Source of the DNA: Candidatus Woesearchaeota archaeon
GTDB lineage: Archaea; Nanobdellota; Nanobdellia; Woesearchaeales; 0-14-0-80-44-23
Assembly: GCA_038874135.1 (NCBI GenBank)
Contig: JAVZCZ010000001.1
Location: forward strand, 512,001-576,000
Direction of reading: 5' to 3'
DNA: 64,000 bases
Both the position numbers and the translations under genes were made by a program. The notes below the pieces were generated by a model, which was not told where the DNA came from, searched no databases, and worked only from the letters and a program-made list of their open reading frames with translations. The number at the start of each line of letters is the position of its first letter. The stretch's first letter is position 1. Positions 58,267 through 64,000 of this stretch are shown piece by piece.

Positions 58267-58505
58267 GCGCTATGCCCCCACTGCACCAAAAGTTTAATGC
58301 CTGTTCCTTGAAGGTTGGGAATGTCACAAGCTCCAAAGCATGAACCTGCCCAGAGAGCCACTTCGAAGTTTCCGTTTTTTTCAAGGAATTGCTGAATCTC
58401 TTTTGCCCTAGGTTTCAATCCTGACGGGAGCTGTAAACAAACCCTTTTTTCTCCACTTTTAAGGATATCTTTTAAAACCCGCTCAAGTTCCAAATCATAA
58501 TTCAT
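58257..58505 (-). CDS. Stand-alone N-terminal domain of diphthamide synthase Dph2
   Basis: LQLPSGLK, SCFGACD, VQWGHS; only 82 aa. Confidence 0.85.
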   Translation of the reverse strand: MNYDLELERVLKDILKSGEKRVCLQLPSGLKPRAKEIQQFLEKNGNFEVALWAGSCFGACDIPNLQGTGIKLLVQWGHSAWK

Positions 58506-58588
58506 AAATGTAATATTCAGTTCGCATTATAAAAAATTTTCCACTAAAGAGAATGAGCAGCATTTTTTAAATTTAAAATTTGTAATAA

Positions 58589-59158
58589 CTATGTGATTTT
58601 TGTTAATGTTTGCTTTATTCTTTCAATCTCTCGTTTAAGCTCAGCTATTCTCTCCTGGTTATCCTCCCTGTCCATGAGCGCGCCGCATTCTGGACATTTG
58701 AAGTTGAAGCTCATTGCCTGTTCATAATCCACGCGCATGCACCTGTTAGGGCATGAAAAGAAGCTGTGTTTTTCCTCTCTCTCTAAGATGGAATTCAACT
58801 GCTCCAACCTTTTCTTCTGAATTGCCTTGTAGAGCAGCATCAGCCTGTCAGCGTCAAATGTCCAGTAGTAAATATACCACCCTTTTATTTTGTCCTTCTT
58901 CCTTACAGAAGTCACAAGGTTAAGCTTATGCAGTGCATAGAGTATGTTTCGCGTTTGATTGATATCTTTTTTTATTCTATCAGAAAGTTCGTACTCTGAA
59001 ACAGAGTCCTTCTTTAAAAGTATCTGAACTAGGGGAATCGCATCTGCTCCAACTATCTCTTTTACTGCATCCAAAACTAAAGAGCTCCTGCTTCTATTTT
59101 GCGTTGTAGCTTTTTGCTTATTTAAACTGGAATCGCTCCTATCTTTTTTCTTACTCAT
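58589..59158 (-). CDS. tfe: Transcription factor E alpha
   Basis: wHTH RNILY.L, GWYIYYW, CP..C...A...FKCPECG. Confidence 0.93.
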   Translation of the reverse strand: MSKKKDRSDSSLNKQKATTQNRSRSSLVLDAVKEIVGADAIPLVQILLKKDSVSEYELSDRIKKDINQTRNILYALHKLNLVTSVRKKDKIKGWYIYYWTFDADRLMLLYKAIQKKRLEQLNSILEREEKHSFFSCPNRCMRVDYEQAMSFNFKCPECGALMDREDNQERIAELKREIERIKQTLTKIT

Positions 59159-59163
59159 TTTTA

Positions 59164-59553
59164 TCAGGAAATTAATTCTTTAAACGAGAGGCCTCTTTGT
59201 CTCGCCAGTTGCAGAGATATCACAAAGTTTCCACTCTCAAGACGCTTAAGCTCTTCAGGAGAGATGAAAAACCATTCTAACTTATCAAACCGTATGCCTA
59301 TCCATGGCTCTGCGCCAAACCTTTCTGCAAAGGATACTACCTGTTCAACATCATCTTTTGAAAGATATTTTTTCAAGTCGTGAATACTTTTACATTCTAC
59401 AGCAATTCTTCTAACCTTATTTCCAGCTAATACATCAGGGTTGGGAAAACGGGCGCTGCCAGAACCTGCCACCCTTATCGCTGCCCAGCCGTGCTGCCAG
59501 AACATTTCCACGAGCTCCCGCTCCGCATTGCTCCCCTTAGCTTTCCTATTCAT
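59164..59553 (-). CDS. hjc: Holliday junction resolvase
   Basis: KGSNAERELV, RVAGSG, PDVLAG, ECK. Confidence 0.95.
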   Translation of the reverse strand: MNRKAKGSNAERELVEMFWQHGWAAIRVAGSGSARFPNPDVLAGNKVRRIAVECKSIHDLKKYLSKDDVEQVVSFAERFGAEPWIGIRFDKLEWFFISPEELKRLESGNFVISLQLARQRGLSFKELIS

Positions 59554-59639
59554 AAAAGGGCAGGATAAATGGTGCTTTATTTTAATCTTTTCTATTGAAT
59601 ACAGAAAATATTTTAAAGAAACAGGTATAATTTAGATGC

Positions 59640-59924
59640 ATGCGTATAATAATAGACACTCAAAACGAGTCTAAAGAGGGAATCGCTGCTGCAATACGGA
59701 TGCTTAAAGCCCTTTTGGAAGAAATGCCTGAAATAAAATCCTCTGAAAAAAGTCAGAAAGCTCCTGAACTTAGCATAATGCCTCAGCAGGCTGAAGAAGA
59801 AAAAAGGCAGGAAGAGTTAAAGATTGAGAACGGATTCATAAACATACTTTCAGGAGAGGAGCTTGTGAGGGTTGGAAAGGAAGATAAGAAGGACGAAGAA
59901 GATTTAAACTTTGAAACATACTGA
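59640..59924 (+). CDS. Hypothetical protein
   Basis: 94-aa ORF with TATA-like TTTTAAA upstream. Confidence 0.7.
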   Translation: MRIIIDTQNESKEGIAAAIRMLKALLEEMPEIKSSEKSQKAPELSIMPQQAEEEKRQEELKIENGFINILSGEELVRVGKEDKKDEEDLNFETY

Positions 59925-59951
59925 AGAGTTCGTACAAAAAAGGGGTGACGG

Positions 59952-60815
59952 ATGGTTCTTGAATACATACTAGGTCCTAAAGGGGCTGAGAGGAGACCCT
60001 GGCTCATGATTCCTATAGGACTGATCTATACATTTCTAGCTTACTTCATTGCAAATGCGATATTCCCTGAGCACGCCGGCTTAGTTATGGTATTCCTGAT
60101 AACAATAGCTTCTGTTCCAGTAATATATGATGCTATAAAGATTGAGGAACGACAAGATTTAGAAGAAGAAAGCGAAGTAAACGCGCTAATACATCATTGG
60201 AGAGCTCTGCTCTTCTTCATATGCCTTTTCATCGGCTTCCTCTTAGGTTTCAGTATTCTGTATTCTGTTCTTCCGCTGGAAAGCGCTAAAAAGGCTTTTT
60301 CAATCCAAATAGAAGTGATAAATGCCATAAATACTCCTGTGTCTGGAAAGGCTGTAACTGACACTTCAAGCTCTCTTGCATATCTAATAACAATATTTGT
60401 AAATAATTTTAAGGTTGTACTTTTCTGTCTCCTCTTCTCTTTCGTTTACGGAATGGGCGCTATATTCATACTTGCCTGGAATGCCTCAACCATGGGGGTT
60501 GCGATTGGAAGCTTCATCAGGATAACGCAGGAGTATCTCAGAATGAAGGGCATGCCTGGACCTGTTGTTTATGCTGGCGCGAGCGTAATTGGCCTGCTCA
60601 GGTATTCCATTCACGGCATTCTTGAGATGCTTGCATACTTCATAGGCGGGCTTGCTGGCGGGATAATCTCAGTGGCGATAGTTAAACATGATTTCAGCAC
60701 TAAGGGTTTTGAAAGGATAATTTTGGATGCCTCAGATCTGCTAATAATTGCTGTTTTGGTTCTAGTGGTTGCTGCTCTCTTGGAAGTGTATGTTACTCCT
60801 CTACTTTTCTCCTAA
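59952..60815 (+). CDS. SpoIIM (DUF95)-like membrane protein
   Basis: IFVNN.KV, WNAS..G, HGILE, AALLEVYVTP. Confidence 0.85.
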   Translation: MVLEYILGPKGAERRPWLMIPIGLIYTFLAYFIANAIFPEHAGLVMVFLITIASVPVIYDAIKIEERQDLEEESEVNALIHHWRALLFFICLFIGFLLGFSILYSVLPLESAKKAFSIQIEVINAINTPVSGKAVTDTSSSLAYLITIFVNNFKVVLFCLLFSFVYGMGAIFILAWNASTMGVAIGSFIRITQEYLRMKGMPGPVVYAGASVIGLLRYSIHGILEMLAYFIGGLAGGIISVAIVKHDFSTKGFERIILDASDLLIIAVLVLVVAALLEVYVTPLLFS

Positions 60816-60849
60816 ACCTTTTTAAACTTGGTGAGAAATATAGGTGTTT

Positions 60850-61416
60850 ATGAGCAGAAAAAATATTTCAGAACAGACTGAGAAGCAAGGCAGGAAAATA
60901 AAGGTTGTTTATGCTAAAGAACAGATAATTAGTGAAAATTCTGATTATGCTAGAGAGCTCTGCAATTCGGGAAGCTACGGAGTACTTCTTGAGGATGGCA
61001 GGGTGCAATTCTCTGCGTTTGAGACGCTGTACCTTATGGAAAAAGGGAAGGTTGAGCTTATAGATTTTAGGGGTAGAACGCTTTCTAAAGAGGAGCTCAT
61101 AAAGAAAGCTAGCAGGAGTGATAAAGAGTTCCTGGCAAGATATGCCATCTTTAAGGATTTAAGAACTAGGGGTTATGTGGTTAAGACAGCTTTAAAGTTC
61201 GGAGCTGACTTCAGAGTCTATGACAGGGGTGTTAAGCCTGGAGAGGACCATGCTAAATGGATAGTGTACGCTGTGCACGAATCTGGAGGACTCACCTGGC
61301 ACGACTTCGCAGCTAAGAATAGAGTTGCTCACTCAACCAAGAAAAAGCTTCTCATCGGAATATTAGATGACGAGGGCGACATAACATATTACGAGATAAG
61401 ATGGATAAGGCCTTAG
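60850..61416 (+). CDS. endA: tRNA-intron splicing endonuclease (single catalytic unit)
   Basis: DLR.RGY.VKT.LKFGADFRVY, EDHA, RVAHSTKK (Tyr-His-Lys triad). Confidence 0.95.
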   Translation: MSRKNISEQTEKQGRKIKVVYAKEQIISENSDYARELCNSGSYGVLLEDGRVQFSAFETLYLMEKGKVELIDFRGRTLSKEELIKKASRSDKEFLARYAIFKDLRTRGYVVKTALKFGADFRVYDRGVKPGEDHAKWIVYAVHESGGLTWHDFAAKNRVAHSTKKKLLIGILDDEGDITYYEIRWIRP

Positions 61417-61826
61417 CCTAACATCTTATTGAGAAAATATTCAGCCGCTTCCAAAACCTCTACTGAGTTCTTATATGTCATTATTCTTCTTGCGTGCGAA
61501 AAGTCAAGCCATAAGAACTGTTCATGCTCCTCTGAAATCTTAACATCCTTAGAATGCGCTTCTGCCAGAAAAAAGACCACTTCCTTTTGCGAAGCCTGAT
61601 TGTTTTTAATATATTTATAAGAGATCATTTTTCTAAATCCGTTTAGGAGCGTAACTCTTAGCCCCGTCTCTTCAAGGATTTCTCTCAATGCAGTCTGCTC
61701 TTCCGACTCTCCAGCTTCAACATGCCCTTTTGGAAAGTCGAAGTGGCCCTTCCTATGTTTAAGAATTAGATAAAGCCTACTGTTTCCCTCTCTATAAAAA
61801 ACAACTGCCCCGCAGGATTTTTCCAT
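61413..61826 (-). CDS. Nudix hydrolase (Ap4A hydrolase-like)
   Basis: SCGAVV, FPKGHVEAGESEEQTALREILEETGL, SEEH. Confidence 0.9.
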   Translation of the reverse strand: MEKSCGAVVFYREGNSRLYLILKHRKGHFDFPKGHVEAGESEEQTALREILEETGLRVTLLNGFRKMISYKYIKNNQASQKEVVFFLAEAHSKDVKISEEHEQFLWLDFSHARRIMTYKNSVEVLEAAEYFLNKMLG

Positions 61827-61910
61827 AGAGCATTTGTTATAAGGACACACCTTTAATAATCTTATCTAAATGTGAAGTTTTTTATACTAAAAAAGCTTAA
61901 TTTGGCAGAT

Positions 61911-62753
61911 ATGAGAGAACCAATATTTGCAGGATTGTTCTATGAGGGAAGCCCTGCTGCACTTAGAAAGCAGATTAGGAGCTGTTTCTTAGGAAAGCTC
62001 GGGCCAGGAGTACTGCCTGCTAAGAGTGGAAGGAATAGCATTCTTGGTGCAGTTGTTCCTCACGCGGGCTATTCCTATTCAGGAATGTGCGCTGCCTGGG
62101 CTTATAAAGAGATTTCAGAAACTCACGGGTTGGAAACTGTGATAATTCTTGGAACTTCCCATTCTGGAATGGGTAGTGGACTGCTTCTCGATGACTGGAA
62201 AACTCCTCTCGGAATTGTAAAAACGGATGTTGAACTCGCAAAAGAGATAATAAGGGGTGGAGAGATTAGAGAGAATTTTCTAGCGCATCAAAGAGAACAC
62301 TCAATAGAAGTTCAGCTTCCCTTCTTAAAGTTTATCAGTCCAAAAGTTAAGATAGTGGGAATAGTTGCTGACAGGGACCTAGACTATAAAAAAGCTGGAG
62401 CAACTATTATGGATGCAATTAAGAATCTTAAAAGAAAAGCAGTGGTGCTTGCCAGCTCGGACTTCACGCACTATGGTCCTGAGTATGGTTATGTTCCATT
62501 CTTTGAAAATGTCAAAGAGAGAATGCGCGAGTTGGACATGAAAGCGGTAGAACTGATAATTAAGGGTGATGATGCGGGGCTTCTAGGATATGTTGTTAGG
62601 ACTGGCGCAACAATCTGCGGTGTCCTGCCAATAGTTACAATGCTGAAAACGATACAATTTAAAAAAGCAGAACTATTAAACTATTACACCTCAGGAGACC
62701 TCACTGGCTCTTATAGGAATGCCGTAGGCTACGCCAGCATAATTTTTAGGTGA
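61911..62753 (+). CDS. MEMO1/AmmeMemoRadiSam protein B
   Basis: AGLFY, PHAGYSYSG, EHSIEVQLPFL, ASSDFTHYG, TICG, VGYAS. Confidence 0.93.
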   Translation: MREPIFAGLFYEGSPAALRKQIRSCFLGKLGPGVLPAKSGRNSILGAVVPHAGYSYSGMCAAWAYKEISETHGLETVIILGTSHSGMGSGLLLDDWKTPLGIVKTDVELAKEIIRGGEIRENFLAHQREHSIEVQLPFLKFISPKVKIVGIVADRDLDYKKAGATIMDAIKNLKRKAVVLASSDFTHYGPEYGYVPFFENVKERMRELDMKAVELIIKGDDAGLLGYVVRTGATICGVLPIVTMLKTIQFKKAELLNYYTSGDLTGSYRNAVGYASIIFR

Positions 62754-62757
62754 TACA

Positions 62758-62868
62758 ATGGAGAGAACAACTGTTGAGACGATTGTAATTATAATCTTGC
62801 TGCTCCTTTTCATGTTTTTTGCCGCGAAGGCAATACTCAGCAGGGTTGGGCTGGTGTTGGGAAAATGA
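62758..62868 (+). CDS. 36-aa single-TM pilin-like microprotein
   Basis: Below the ORF-track cutoff: MERTTVETIVIIILLLLFMFFAAKAILSRVGLVLGK; AGGTGA SD; ATGA overlap with the next gene. Confidence 0.7.
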   Translation: MERTTVETIVIIILLLLFMFFAAKAILSRVGLVLGK

Positions 62869-63677
62869 GGGGAATCGCTCGGGATGAGATTGTGCTCATA
62901 ATTCTTGCACTCACCGCAGCAGCTGTTATAGCGTACATATTTATACAAAACAACTGGCTCTCAGAATCTGCTGAGAGAGAATTGTGCAGGGTTAGCGTAC
63001 TCTCGAGGTGGGCTAGCACAAAAATTGCTGCAGACAGCCTTTTTGACTTACAGTGTAAGAGCCATCTTAAGAGGATAAGCTATTCCGACATTGAAGAGAT
63101 AAAGGGCGAATCTGCACAAAAGGACGCTATAAAACAGATTATAGCTGACGAGATGTACGACTGCTGGTACAAATTCAACAGGGGCCAGCTAAAGCTGGAT
63201 AATGTGTTTAAAGTGATAACTGACCCAAACACTATGTTAGGAACGAGGGAAGTGTGCATGGTATGTTCGCAGATAGAATTTGACGATGAGATAAAAAACA
63301 AATTCCCGACAATAGACAAATTTACTGAATGGATGATGAACAACAAGGTGCCGGGGCAGGACTTTACATATTTCCAGTATTTCTCAAACGACCAGCAAGT
63401 TGATAGGAATGCAATAAAGGCAATTCCACCCGAGTATGACTCGATAAAGACAGATGAGACCTACCAAGTAATATTTAAGGTGTATGAGAGGTCTAAGGTT
63501 AATTATGCACTTGATATTCTAAGAGGGATTACACCGTCTGGAGTGCTTATGAACTTATATACACAGTCATACATTCAATCCTCTACAAAGGGGATCAGCA
63601 ACCCTGGAGGCGTAGTTCCAACTCTTTTAGTTATTCCCTTGAGCGGGGTGCCTGAAAGCTGCAAGAGGTTTTATTAA
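62865..63677 (+). CDS. Pilin-like protein with class III signal peptide
   Basis: MRG|IARDEIVLIIL; C..SV, IADEMYDCW..F.RGQL, C.VC. Confidence 0.75.
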   Translation: MRGIARDEIVLIILALTAAAVIAYIFIQNNWLSESAERELCRVSVLSRWASTKIAADSLFDLQCKSHLKRISYSDIEEIKGESAQKDAIKQIIADEMYDCWYKFNRGQLKLDNVFKVITDPNTMLGTREVCMVCSQIEFDDEIKNKFPTIDKFTEWMMNNKVPGQDFTYFQYFSNDQQVDRNAIKAIPPEYDSIKTDETYQVIFKVYERSKVNYALDILRGITPSGVLMNLYTQSYIQSSTKGISNPGGVVPTLLVIPLSGVPESCKRFY

Positions 63678-63678
63678 G

Positions 63679-64000
63679 ATGAAAAGGCGCGGACTTGAGA
63701 AAAGAATTGTTGTTTATTCAGTTATAGGCGCTGCATTTCTCCTAATAATGATGCTAATCTATAGAGAAATATATTTAGCTAATGATGAAAATGCTGAAAA
63801 GGAGATATGCAAGGAAAGTGTTCTTTTATACTCAAAAACTGCAGTTGTTTCGGGAAAGCCGCTTTCTGACTCTTTGAGATGCCCCACGAAGTATTTAAAG
63901 TTAGACCCGAAAGATGCTGAGGTTAAAAACAAAATTGCAAACGAACTTTACGACTGCTGGGACAACTTTTATCGGGGGCAGCTGGAACTTTTTGACCCTC
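63679..64000 (+). CDS. Pilin-like paralogue of 62865-63677 (partial)
   Basis: MKRRG|LEKRIVVYSVIG; ICKESV, IANELYDCWDNFYRGQL; open to the window end. Confidence 0.75.
   Translation, partial: MKRRGLEKRIVVYSVIGAAFLLIMMLIYREIYLANDENAEKEICKESVLLYSKTAVVSGKPLSDSLRCPTKYLKLDPKDAEVKNKIANELYDCWDNFYRGQLELFDP

Noticed and set aside
1-64000. CRISPR arrays, IS elements, and the many short antisense/overlapping ORFs in the track
   Set aside because: No regularly spaced repeat-spacer pattern, transposase or terminal inverted repeats seen. The short ORFs overlap well-supported genes and lack motifs.

Overview
Core chromosomal window of a small-genome archaeon, most likely DPANN (Woesearchaeota-like). This is inferred from archaeal information-processing genes (TFE, Hjc, RadA, RPA, PAN, NAC, Sec61beta, EndA, Rpp30, Elp3), TATA/BRE promoters, BHB-intron tRNAs, giant Cys-rich secreted proteins and class III (pilin-type) signal peptides. 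No CRISPR array, integrase, transposase or reverse transcriptase was seen. RNA genes: tRNA-Leu(CAA) with a 37/38 intron, tRNA-Ser(GCT) with a T-loop (59/60) intron, an SRP RNA that appears to lack helix 6, and an unannotated stand-alone C/D-type guide RNA (46315-46407, minus). The guide RNA is enclosed by a perfect bulge-helix-bulge, which predicts excision and circularisation, and its guides point to the 23S peptidyl-transferase centre (Um2552). Other highlights: a leaderless 25-codon uORF ahead of a deoxyhypusine-synthase-like/decarboxylase/agmatinase operon; structured 5' leaders on rps2, on a PC4-like/radA operon and on a small basic repeat protein; two mosaic Cys-rich surface-protein paralogues sharing near-identical DNA blocks; and bacterial-type genes (Lgt, LysM, NodB deacetylase, patatin, GXHH-motif IleRS). 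All calls come from reading motifs and base-pairing by eye; no searches or folding programs were run.
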